Shown piece by piece: positions 56,033 through 64,000 of a stretch of 64,000 nucleotides of DNA. The translations under genes and the position numbers were made by a program. Source of the DNA: Candidatus Levyibacteriota bacterium (GTDB taxonomy: Bacteria > Patescibacteriota > Microgenomatia > Levybacterales > UBA12049); contig JAZDGF010000003.1 in assembly GCA_043807135.1 (NCBI GenBank), positions 72,621 to 136,620 of the forward strand. The letters run 5' to 3'. A model generated the notes under the pieces. The model was not told the origin of the DNA, did not search any database, and saw only the letters and a list, made by a program, of their open reading frames with translations. Each line of letters opens with the position of its first letter. Positions within the stretch are counted from its first letter, which is position 1.

Positions 56033-58309
56033 TTATTTAATCTTTTCATCTATCTTTGCTTCCTCTGCCATTTCTTTTGGTTTTTCTTCTTTCTTAGTCC
56101 TTGCAGAAAGCATTGTGTCCTCTTCTTCTTGTTTACTTTTAAGTTTTCCTACTACAGACTTTGCTGCTTCAAGTTTTGCCTTAAGATAAGCAACTACTTC
56201 AGTCTGAGAAAATCCTCCAATCAGAAGGAAAGGAAGAATATTTCCAACTGCTTCCATTCCCTTATCAACATTTTGTGTATCTTGTGAAGAAAGAAGATTA
56301 ACTGTATCTGTAATCTTTCCAATATCTGCGTTTATCCATTCTGCTCTCTCCTGTTGTTTTGGAGGCTCAAGTGTTTCATAATTTTCCTCCCACATCTTTC
56401 TAACTGCTTCATAATCATCAAGGCTTACTTGCTGCACTCTGTTTGTAACAGGGAATGGCCCTGAAGAAACTTTAGATATATCCGTAACTCCTGCCTCCTC
56501 AAGCACCATTGCAGCAATTGAATTCCCTTTTTCTTTTGCTTCTTTAAGTCTTTCCTTAAGTGCTTCATCTGCTCCTTCTTTATCCATTGCAGAAAGAATA
56601 GAGACTGCAAGAGGATTACCATTTTTTTGCGCTTTTATTAATTGATCTTTTATTGTTGTTAATTTTTGTTTTTCTGCAATGTTTGCAGTATTTGGACTTG
56701 CAATCTTTTGAAGTGCCGTATTAAGACGTGCTGTTTCTTTTTGAGACTGAACAACCATTTCCGGCTTATTAATAGTGCTTGCAGCAGTAAGAATAGAACT
56801 TGCAACTCTATTTCCTTTTTGACCTTCCTGAACAAGTTTATCTTTTATCGATGTATATTTCTCTCTTTCTATTGTTGAGCTTAATTTCTTTGGATTAGCA
56901 ATTCTTTCTAATGATTCGTGATATTTTGCAAGTTCTGTGTGCTTACTCATGCTTGAACTTAAAGAAGCAGTTTCAAATTTTGCAATATCTCTCATTGTTG
57001 GAATAGATAAATTAGTAAGTTTCGTAATCTCTAACTGCATTGATCTTATGTTTGAGATGTCCATTGGAATACTTTGCGTCTTTATGTTTGGTATTGAAAT
57101 CTTAGCAGCAAAAGGAATAGTTTTTGCCATACCTGTTGGCTGATGAGATGAAAGAGGCGAAGGAGGCGGAGCCTGGGGAGAACTTTTTGATTTTGACATA
57201 AACGAAGAACCTGATTCTACCAATTGTTTTACAAAAGAATTCTCACTAAAGGATAACGTTTGGATATAATCAAGAAAAATCTGCAAAAGTAAAAAAGGAA
57301 GAATTATAATAACCCAAAGCATAAGAAGTGCAACAACGTAAAGTGCAAAAGACTCCTTATTATTTACACTGTTACTTAAAGACAAAACCTGTCCTGGGCC
57401 TCCTAAGAGAATATTAATTGCTGTTGGATAAACAACTGTATTTGAAAAGGCGAATTGTAAAGGAATACCAGTTCGCCAAACATAAACAAGTCCTGATAAA
57501 AAGATAGCAAAAATAGGAGCATACAAAAGCCAGCGGAAAAATTCTCCAATCCAAATTTTTCCAGTATTTCTAATTGGGGAATATAGCAAAAGAAGCGGAA
57601 ATACGGGAGAAATGATTATGAAAAACCACAGGATAATTTTTCTTATTAAAAGAATTCCTGCCATTACATAATAAGTTGCTGCAGTAAGTTTTATTAAAAG
57701 AAGGGAAATAAAAGCAGATTCATCAAAAGGAGCACCAAATCTTCTATAACCTGTAAAATCCTGATAATTAAATCCTATGTTTAAAAGGTTTTTTTGGGAA
57801 ATAAAACCGGTTCCTTCAGGATTTTTTAAGAAAAAGCCCTGAATTACATCTATAATCTGATACAAAAACTGGATAAGCGCAAAAGAAAATGTAACTAAAA
57901 GAATGATGATAATAAATCTTGGAATAAAACGCATAACCGTAATGCTTCTTCCGCGGGTTACGATCATAATAAATGCTGTTATTAAAACTGCTAAAGCAAA
58001 GAAAGCGTAAACAATATTTCTAATTTGTGACCAGAAATTAGCAAGCGGATTCTGAGTACCTGCAGTAACAAATGACCAGCTATAATTTTGAAGTGTCCAA
58101 TCTAAAAATTGTCCTGATCTTGCTCCCATTTTTCCAACAAAAGTAACATCTGAATCATTAACCCAGGTTCCATCGCCAGGTTGACCTGTTGCAGATGTAG
58201 GAGAAGTTGTTGAAGGACTACTCGGATCAATTTGAGCAATAGCTGGAGCAACAAATAACAAACTAACTATTGTTATTAAAAGAAATAAAAAGGGCAGGAA
58301 TTTTTTCAT
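56033..58309 (-). CDS. VirB6/TrbL-like polytopic membrane protein with a long repeat-containing hydrophilic C-terminal domain
   Basis: The 758-aa protein has a signal peptide, an exposed segment of about 100 aa, 6 or more TM helices, and a roughly 400-aa C-terminus with three repeats (KGNRVASSILTAAS / NGNPLAVSILSAMD / KGNSIAAMVLEEAG). Confidence 0.4.
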   Translation of the reverse strand: MKKFLPFLFLLITIVSLLFVAPAIAQIDPSSPSTTSPTSATGQPGDGTWVNDSDVTFVGKMGARSGQFLDWTLQNYSWSFVTAGTQNPLANFWSQIRNIVYAFFALAVLITAFIMIVTRGRSITVMRFIPRFIIIILLVTFSFALIQFLYQIIDVIQGFFLKNPEGTGFISQKNLLNIGFNYQDFTGYRRFGAPFDESAFISLLLIKLTAATYYVMAGILLIRKIILWFFIIISPVFPLLLLYSPIRNTGKIWIGEFFRWLLYAPIFAIFLSGLVYVWRTGIPLQFAFSNTVVYPTAINILLGGPGQVLSLSNSVNNKESFALYVVALLMLWVIIILPFLLLQIFLDYIQTLSFSENSFVKQLVESGSSFMSKSKSSPQAPPPSPLSSHQPTGMAKTIPFAAKISIPNIKTQSIPMDISNIRSMQLEITKLTNLSIPTMRDIAKFETASLSSSMSKHTELAKYHESLERIANPKKLSSTIEREKYTSIKDKLVQEGQKGNRVASSILTAASTINKPEMVVQSQKETARLNTALQKIASPNTANIAEKQKLTTIKDQLIKAQKNGNPLAVSILSAMDKEGADEALKERLKEAKEKGNSIAAMVLEEAGVTDISKVSSGPFPVTNRVQQVSLDDYEAVRKMWEENYETLEPPKQQERAEWINADIGKITDTVNLLSSQDTQNVDKGMEAVGNILPFLLIGGFSQTEVVAYLKAKLEAAKSVVGKLKSKQEEEDTMLSARTKKEEKPKEMAEEAKIDEKIK

Positions 58310-58321
58310 AATTTCTTGTCT

Positions 58322-58606
58322 TTATTTAAAACCAGGTATATGCAATATGTCAATAGCAATTATTTGAACAAAAACATAGCCAAAAATTGCTAAAAGCAAA
58401 CCTATAATAGCATAGAAAATATAGCTTTTACCCGTATTTAGTTTATCAGGATTTCCTTGAGAAATAAGAATCATGTATCCTCCGTAGATAATAAATAAAA
58501 CGGAAACTCCGCCAATTAAACCTAAACCAATAGCATAAAATTTTGTAACAAAACCTATCGGATCATTAGGAATACATCCCAATTCCGTAGGTGTACAATC
58601 AGGCAT
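58322..58606 (-). CDS. T4SS-pilin-like (TrbC/VirB2-like) small membrane protein
   Basis: The 94-aa protein has an N-terminal Cys pair (CTPTELGC), two hydrophobic helices separated by a GNPDKLNTGKS loop, and sits directly upstream of the VirB6-like gene. Confidence 0.4.
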   Translation of the reverse strand: MPDCTPTELGCIPNDPIGFVTKFYAIGLGLIGGVSVLFIIYGGYMILISQGNPDKLNTGKSYIFYAIIGLLLAIFGYVFVQIIAIDILHIPGFK

Positions 58607-58678
58607 AAATTAATCGTAACACATTAAAGGTCTTAAAACCAGCCTTTTTTAATTTAACCTGATATAATTATTCAGCTA

Positions 58679-59617
58679 ATGAAAGCTTACGAAATTAAAG
58701 TAAAAGGGAAAGTATTAGATTACCGAATTGGTAAGGATTTAGATTTAAAAGAAGTAAGAAGATTTTTTGCTAAAAACTACAAAGTTAAAAGAATATGGCA
58801 GGAAAAAAGACATGTTGTCGGAATTTTAGAAAAAAATAGCATTGAATTGTTTTTAAAACTATCCCCAACAGAAGGAATCAGCGCTGTTACACAAATTGAA
58901 TATAATTGGAATGATCAGTTCAATAAATTAGTTTCTAGAAAGTCAAACTTCTGGGTTCCTAAAAATATTTATGAGGGATTTTACAAAAAAAATCTTTTTT
59001 ATTTAATTACAGATTATTTTAAAGGAGAATCTATTTCAGAAGTGCCGCATAAAGATAACAAAGGAAGAGATTTTAAGCAATATCTTTTGCCTATTATTGA
59101 ATTTTCCGAACTTATTCAAAATTTAGAAATAGGAGAACTTTCAGAGAAAGATAAAGAAAATCATAGCAAGTGGTTTTTAGAAAAAACAAAAGCTTGGTAT
59201 GAAGCTGTTCCCAAAAGCATTCTTGAAAAATATAAAGTAAATAATTTACTTGAAATCGTTGAGAATGGATATCTGAATTTAGAAAAAAAAACAAAACACG
59301 GTGATTTTACTCCATGGCACATGATTAAATTAAACGAGAAACGAATTGGCTTAATTGATGGCGAACATGCGATGAATAGTGGAACTGAGTATTATGATAC
59401 TGGATATTTAATCCAAAGAATATTTACCGTTCTAAAAGAACCCGATTTTGCAAAAGAGTTTTTTCAACTTTTACTAAAAAGAAACTATAATTTAGAAAAG
59501 CTTCAGGTTACCTTGGCTGCAAGAGCAATTGGTGGCTTTACTGATGAAGCAATAATTAGAGAAAAAGCAAATTACCTAAGAGCAAATAAATTCAAGAATT
59601 GGGTATTAAGTTTATAA
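58679..59617 (+). CDS. Protein-kinase-like-fold phosphotransferase (aminoglycoside/choline-kinase family)
   Basis: The 312-aa protein has an HGDFTPWHM catalytic loop and an IDGEHA motif (DFG-equivalent). Confidence 0.65.
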   Translation: MKAYEIKVKGKVLDYRIGKDLDLKEVRRFFAKNYKVKRIWQEKRHVVGILEKNSIELFLKLSPTEGISAVTQIEYNWNDQFNKLVSRKSNFWVPKNIYEGFYKKNLFYLITDYFKGESISEVPHKDNKGRDFKQYLLPIIEFSELIQNLEIGELSEKDKENHSKWFLEKTKAWYEAVPKSILEKYKVNNLLEIVENGYLNLEKKTKHGDFTPWHMIKLNEKRIGLIDGEHAMNSGTEYYDTGYLIQRIFTVLKEPDFAKEFFQLLLKRNYNLEKLQVTLAARAIGGFTDEAIIREKANYLRANKFKNWVLSL

Positions 59618-59618
59618 T

Positions 59619-60515
59619 TTAAAACCAGCTTTTCTTCTTGCTTCCTTCTCCTTCAAACTCTCTAAGAAGTTCCTTTTGTTGAGAGGTTAAATTTTTGGGA
59701 ATAACTACTTTTATTTTTACGTAATGATTTCCTTTTCCCGAACCACGCAAATGAGCAATTCCTTTTTGGGCTAGTCTAAAAACTGTTTCTGGTTGAGTAC
59801 CGGAAGGAATTCTTAATTTTACTTTTCCATCTACAGTTTCTACATCGATATTTCCTCCAAGCGTAGCTATTGCAAAAGATATTTCTTCTTCAGAAACAAT
59901 ATCTTGTCCTTGCCTATGAAAATGTGAATCAGGTTTTACCTTTACTAAAACATCGTAATCATTAAAACGAATTCTGGATCCATCATCTACGCCTGCGGGG
60001 ATTTTAATTTTTTGACTTTTATTTTCGATCCTAACCTGTTTTTCAACACCTTTAACTGCTTCCATAAAATTAATTGTTATGGAATAAATAGCTCTTCTTT
60101 GTCTTTGCGCGCCAAACGGGGAACCACCACCAAAAAACTCCCTAAAAATTTCAAAAGGGTCGGAAAAGCCACCAAAATCAAAATCATTGGCATTACTGTT
60201 TGAATAAGTATAGGTAAATGGCCCATATTGTCCACCTTGCTGCCCTGAAAAACCACCAAATCCTCCAAACGGTCCTTGACCGGTTGGTCCTCCTTGCTCA
60301 AAAGCAGCACTGCCAAACTGATCATAAGTTTGTCTTTTTTGCGGATCTGATAATGCCTCATATGCTTTACTTACCTCTTTAAATTTTAGCTCTGCTTCTT
60401 TTGTTCTATTTTTATCAGGATGATACTGAACTGCAAGTTTTCGATATGCTTTTTTAATTTCTTCTTGAGAAGCTGATTTATTTACTCCAAGAATTTTATA
60501 AAAATCTTTCTCCAT
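59619..60515 (-). CDS. dnaJ: DnaJ-class co-chaperone (J domain plus G/F region, no zinc-finger; type II/CbpA-like)
   Basis: The 298-aa protein has a J domain with HPDKN, a G/F-rich linker and C-terminal substrate-binding domains. Confidence 0.9.
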   Translation of the reverse strand: MEKDFYKILGVNKSASQEEIKKAYRKLAVQYHPDKNRTKEAELKFKEVSKAYEALSDPQKRQTYDQFGSAAFEQGGPTGQGPFGGFGGFSGQQGGQYGPFTYTYSNSNANDFDFGGFSDPFEIFREFFGGGSPFGAQRQRRAIYSITINFMEAVKGVEKQVRIENKSQKIKIPAGVDDGSRIRFNDYDVLVKVKPDSHFHRQGQDIVSEEEISFAIATLGGNIDVETVDGKVKLRIPSGTQPETVFRLAQKGIAHLRGSGKGNHYVKIKVVIPKNLTSQQKELLREFEGEGSKKKSWF

Positions 60516-60533
60516 AGGTTTAATTATATTACA

Positions 60534-60554
60534 AAAGCGCGTTTGCCGCGCTTT
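60534..60554. promoter_or_regulatory. GC-rich perfect hairpin AAAGCGCG-tttgc-CGCGCTTT between dnaK and dnaJ
   Basis: An 8-bp perfect stem with a 5-nt loop in a gap that is otherwise about 25% GC. On the minus strand it is followed by UUUUG. Confidence 0.45.
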
Positions 60555-60580
60555 AAAAAATTAGATATATTTGATATCTA

Positions 60581-62482
60581 TTAATTAACTACTTCGCCTT
60601 CTACTGGCTCATCTGAACCCTTATCGTCTTTTTTTGCTTCCTCTTTAGACTCACTAGGCTCATCTTTTTTTGCTTCTTGTTCTGGCTGTTGCTTTTGATA
60701 CATTGCTTGTCCAACTTTTTGCAAAGAATCTGAAAGTTCTTTTGTTTTTGCTTCTAAGTCTTCTTTTGAACCTGTATCTAAAATTCCTTTAAGAGCTGAG
60801 ATTTTTTCTTCAATTTCTTTTTTGTCATCTTCTGAAACTTTATCTTTTGCATCACTTAAAGTTTTTTCTGCAGTAAAGATTAATGAATCTGCTGCATTTC
60901 TTGCTTCGACTTTTTCCTTTTTCTCAGCATCTTCCTTGGCATGAATTTCTGCTTCTTTAGTCATTTTTTCAACTTCATCAGGAGTAAGTCCTGTTGAGCC
61001 GGTAATTTTTATGCTTTGTTCTTTTCCGCTTGCTTTATCTTGAGCTTTTACATGCAAAATTCCGTTTGCATCAATATCAAAAGTCACTTCCACTTGTGGA
61101 ACACCACGCGGTGCAGGTGGAATTCCGTCAAGAATAAATCTGCCAAGCGACTTATTATCAGGAGCCATTGAACGCTCTCCTTGTAATACATTAATTTCAA
61201 CTTGAGTTTGATTATCAGCTGCTGTTGAAAATACTTGAGATTTAGAACTTGGAATAGTTGTATTTTTTGAAATAAGCGGTGTTGAAACATTTCCTAATGT
61301 TTCAATTCCAAGTGTTAAAGGAGTTACATCTAAGAGAAGCACGTCTTTTACTTCTCCTCCTAAAACTCCTCCTTGAATTGCAGCACCAACTGCAACAACT
61401 TCGTCAGGATTAACCGATTTATTAGGCTCTTTACCAAAGAATTTTGTAACTTTTTCAATAACTTTTGGCATTCTGGTCATTCCACCAACTAAAATAATCT
61501 CATCAACATCTGATGCTTTAATTTTTGCATCTTTCAAAGCAAGTTCAACCGGCTTTAAAGTTTTTTCAATTAAAGGTTCTACTATTTGCTCTAGTTTTGA
61601 GCGAGACAAACTCATTGTTAAATGAAGAGGACCGTTTTTTCCTTGAGTTATAAAAGGCTGATTAATTTGTGCCTCTTGAGAACTTGAAAGCTCAATCTTT
61701 GCTTTTTCAGCTGCTTCTCTTAATCTTTGCAGTGCTTGAGAATCTTTTTTTAAATCAACTCCGTTTTCTTTTTTGAATTCATCAGCCAGATAATCAATAA
61801 TTATCTTATCAAAATCGTCTCCTCCTAAGTGAGTATCACCATTTGTTGATTTTACTTCATAAACTCCATCACCAAGCTCTAAAATAGAAATATCAAACGT
61901 CCCGCCTCCTAAATCATAAACTGCAATTGTATGGGCATTTTTTTTATCAAGTCCATATGCAAGAGCTGCTGCTGTAGGTTCGTTAATAATTCTAAGGACT
62001 TCAAGTCCGGCAATTTCTCCAGCCTGTTTTGTTGCTTGTCTTTGAGAATCATCAAAATATGCAGGAACTGTAATTACTGCTTGAGTAATTTTTCCACCTA
62101 AATAGCTTTCTGCATCTGATTTTATTTTTTGAAGAATTTTTGCAGATATTTCCTGTGGAGTATATGTTCTTCCGTCTACTTCAACAACGACCATTCCATC
62201 ACGGCCTTCTTTTATGTTGTAGGGAAGCCATTCTTTATCATGCTTAACAGACTCATCTTTATATTTTTTACCCATCAACCTCTTAATTGAGAAGATCGTT
62301 GTTTTGGGTTTTAAAACAAGTTGTCTTTTTGCAACGTCACCGACAACATGTGAAACAGGATCGACAACCGAAGGAATTGTATTTTTCCCCTCTGCCGAAT
62401 GAATTACTTTAGGGCTTCCGCCTTCCATAACAGCAACACATGAATTTGTTGTACCTAAATCTATTCCAATTATTTTTCCCAT
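60581..62482 (-). CDS. dnaK: Chaperone DnaK (Hsp70)
   Basis: The 633-aa protein contains [14 protein letters not shown] and DLGGGTFD, and has an acidic C-terminus. Confidence 0.97.
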   Translation of the reverse strand: MGKIIGIDLGTTNSCVAVMEGGSPKVIHSAEGKNTIPSVVDPVSHVVGDVAKRQLVLKPKTTIFSIKRLMGKKYKDESVKHDKEWLPYNIKEGRDGMVVVEVDGRTYTPQEISAKILQKIKSDAESYLGGKITQAVITVPAYFDDSQRQATKQAGEIAGLEVLRIINEPTAAALAYGLDKKNAHTIAVYDLGGGTFDISILELGDGVYEVKSTNGDTHLGGDDFDKIIIDYLADEFKKENGVDLKKDSQALQRLREAAEKAKIELSSSQEAQINQPFITQGKNGPLHLTMSLSRSKLEQIVEPLIEKTLKPVELALKDAKIKASDVDEIILVGGMTRMPKVIEKVTKFFGKEPNKSVNPDEVVAVGAAIQGGVLGGEVKDVLLLDVTPLTLGIETLGNVSTPLISKNTTIPSSKSQVFSTAADNQTQVEINVLQGERSMAPDNKSLGRFILDGIPPAPRGVPQVEVTFDIDANGILHVKAQDKASGKEQSIKITGSTGLTPDEVEKMTKEAEIHAKEDAEKKEKVEARNAADSLIFTAEKTLSDAKDKVSEDDKKEIEEKISALKGILDTGSKEDLEAKTKELSDSLQKVGQAMYQKQQPEQEAKKDEPSESKEEAKKDDKGSDEPVEGEVVN

Positions 62483-62549
62483 ATTTTTCCTTTTTTTATA
62501 AAATTTAAAATGAAAAATCTAAATTTATTTAAACTTTTCGCTTTAAACT

Positions 62550-62996
62550 TTAGTTTAATTTTCCAACTATTACTTGTGCTGGTCGTAAAACTTTGTCATA
62601 TAAGATGTATCCTGATTTTACTTCCTCTATCACCTTTTCCTCTTCTCCTTCTATAGCTTGCACACATTCCATAAGTAACGGATCAAAATCTTTTCCTTTA
62701 GTTTCTATTTTCTCAACTCCCTCTTCTCTTAAAACATCCATGAAGGTCTTAATACTTAAAACTACTCCTTCATCCTTAGTATGCTTTTCCGCCAAAAGTA
62801 AGGCGTCAAGAGCGGGAAAAAGACGAAGCAATAATTCCTTATTAGCTAATTTTACCCATTTTGCCCTGTCTTCTGCAACCCTTTTTTCTAAATTTTTATA
62901 ATCTGCCAAAGAGCGTTTAAACTGGTTTTCAAGTTCTGCACAATTTTCTTCACATTTATTTTTTTTCTCTTCTTTCTCTTTTTTCTTTTTTGACAT
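62550..62996 (-). CDS. grpE: Nucleotide exchange factor GrpE
   Basis: The 148-aa protein has a coiled-coil N-terminus and a C-terminal beta domain (YDKVLRPAQV). Confidence 0.88.
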   Translation of the reverse strand: MSKKKKEKEEKKNKCEENCAELENQFKRSLADYKNLEKRVAEDRAKWVKLANKELLLRLFPALDALLLAEKHTKDEGVVLSIKTFMDVLREEGVEKIETKGKDFDPLLMECVQAIEGEEEKVIEEVKSGYILYDKVLRPAQVIVGKLN

Positions 62997-63004
62997 AATT
63001 TATA

Positions 63005-63736
63005 TTACCAGCCTTTTGCAATTTCCTCAATCAAATCTCCAAAATATCTAACTGTTGGAACAACATATGTATAATCAAGTCTTGTTGGTCCAATTACTCC
63101 TATTTCTCCGTTTAATCTCATTGGTGTTTGGTATTTTGTAAAAACAAAACCGTATGGTCCTTGAAGTTTTGGGCCTAATTCTTCACCAATCAGAACATGA
63201 ATCTCTTCGTCGTCTAAAACTTTTGAAAAAATATCTCTTAAATAGTCATTTTCGTCAATTACCGAAAAAAGGCATTTTGTAACATCAATATCAAAGAATT
63301 CTGGCATGTCTAAAATATTTGCATACCCTGAACAGAAAAATTCTCCTTCACTAGTAGTTATAACTGCTAATGCTTTCGTTCTTTCTGCAAGATTTTTGGT
63401 AAGCTCTTTTAAGAACTGCTTTTCCTTATCTCTTATGTCCCATACTTTTTCTTTAAGACCAATTTCATCTGCAACTGAAAGTTCTTTTTCTTTCATAAGC
63501 TGCTTCACGTAAAACTTCATTGCTTGTGGAGTTGGAACGCGTCCTGCTGAAATGTGTAATTTTTTAAGATAACCAAGTTCGGTTAACTTAACCATTTCAT
63601 TTCTAATCGTTGCAGGAGATGCAGACAAATTATGCTTTTTTTCCAAAGTCTCTGAACCAACAGCTTCTGCCGTATTAATATACTCCTCAATAAGATTTCT
63701 TAAAATCTCTACCTGTCTTTGTGTTAAGTCATGCAT
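63005..63736 (-). CDS. hrcA: Heat-inducible transcription repressor HrcA (short form)
   Basis: The 243-aa protein has an N-terminal wHTH (LTQRQVEILRNLIEEY...SATIRNEM..LTELGYL..H.SAGRVPT). It is the first gene of the hrcA-grpE-dnaK-dnaJ cluster. Confidence 0.8.
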   Translation of the reverse strand: MHDLTQRQVEILRNLIEEYINTAEAVGSETLEKKHNLSASPATIRNEMVKLTELGYLKKLHISAGRVPTPQAMKFYVKQLMKEKELSVADEIGLKEKVWDIRDKEKQFLKELTKNLAERTKALAVITTSEGEFFCSGYANILDMPEFFDIDVTKCLFSVIDENDYLRDIFSKVLDDEEIHVLIGEELGPKLQGPYGFVFTKYQTPMRLNGEIGVIGPTRLDYTYVVPTVRYFGDLIEEIAKGW

Positions 63737-63766
63737 AATTCTTTACTCCAAGTACTAATTTAGCAG

Positions 63767-63796
63767 TATGATAACATGACTGCCAATTTATGTCAA
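63767..63796 (-). promoter_or_regulatory. hrcA promoter TTGACA-17nt-TATCAT flanked by CIRCE-like half-sites (coordinates +/- 2 nt)
   Basis: Minus strand reads TTAGCACaaaaaaacctcTTGACAtaaattggcagtcatgtTATCATaCTGCTAA. The half-sites match CIRCE arms but are spaced about 37 nt apart instead of 9. Confidence 0.45.
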
Positions 63797-64000
63797 GAGG
63801 TTTTTTTGTGCTAAACTTAATTCATGCGAAGAAAAAGAAAGATAAAGTTGTTATTTATTAGTTTTATTTTCCTTTTTATATCTACCTATCTTGTCTATAG
63901 TTTTTCTCCTAATCAAAAACTTTCAGTACTTGGTTTCCAATTACCAAACGTCCCCTTGTTTCTCTTTTCACTTTTTTTATTCATGACTTCCCTTTTTGCT

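Noticed and set aside
59617-59619. Convergent stops of the APH-like gene and dnaJ only 1 nt apart, as a possible bidirectional terminator
   Set aside because: No hairpin can fit there. This is simply tight packing.
60516-63830. Canonical CIRCE (TTAGCACTC-N9-GAGTGCTAA) in the hrcA-grpE-dnaK-dnaJ region
   Set aside because: No 9-nt-spaced pair is present. Only widely spaced half-site-like sequences occur upstream of hrcA, and these are reported as a finding instead.

Overview
The window is an AT-rich, gene-dense bacterial segment (GC roughly mid-30s by eye) that is about 90% coding. Streamlined r-proteins, no rpmD between rplR and rpsE, widespread Lys/Glu-rich tails and many small membrane proteins fit a CPR/Patescibacteria-like or similarly reduced genome; that placement is inference only. 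No rRNA, tRNA or CRISPR was recognised.

Positions 1-21 kb carry a near-complete minus-strand information-processing supercluster: rpoB-rpoC-rpsL-rpsG-fusA-(maf + small membrane gene)-tuf-rpsJ-(240-bp leader)-rplC...rplR-rpsE. Next come a divergent alaS operon with a large bitopic membrane protein, a sortase, a thymidine-phosphorylase-family enzyme and mltG, then envelope and division genes (RodZ-like, ftsK, DUF2207). A class II Fic gene follows, preceded by a 10-bp-periodic tandem repeat array, then rnj, a Lon-like AAA+ module with no LON-N or protease domain, pnp-rpsO, a DHH/NrnA-like protein with degenerate catalytic motifs, infB and nusA.

The strongest candidate for a new system is an 8-gene co-directional cluster at 46.7-58.6 kb. 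It combines a T4SS-pilin-like small protein, a VirB6/TrbL-like polytopic membrane protein, secreted proteins including one with a Cna-B-type fold and an 81-bp tandem repeat, and two Hsp100/Clp ATPases, one of them membrane-anchored with a degenerate first AAA+ ring. The window ends with an APH-like kinase and dnaJ-dnaK-grpE-hrcA.

A recurring non-coding signal is a stem-loop plus U7-8 tract placed 8-25 nt upstream of the tuf, fusA and rplC start codons, two of them fed by readable sigma70-like promoters. All regulatory coordinates were counted by hand and may be off by 1-2 nt.
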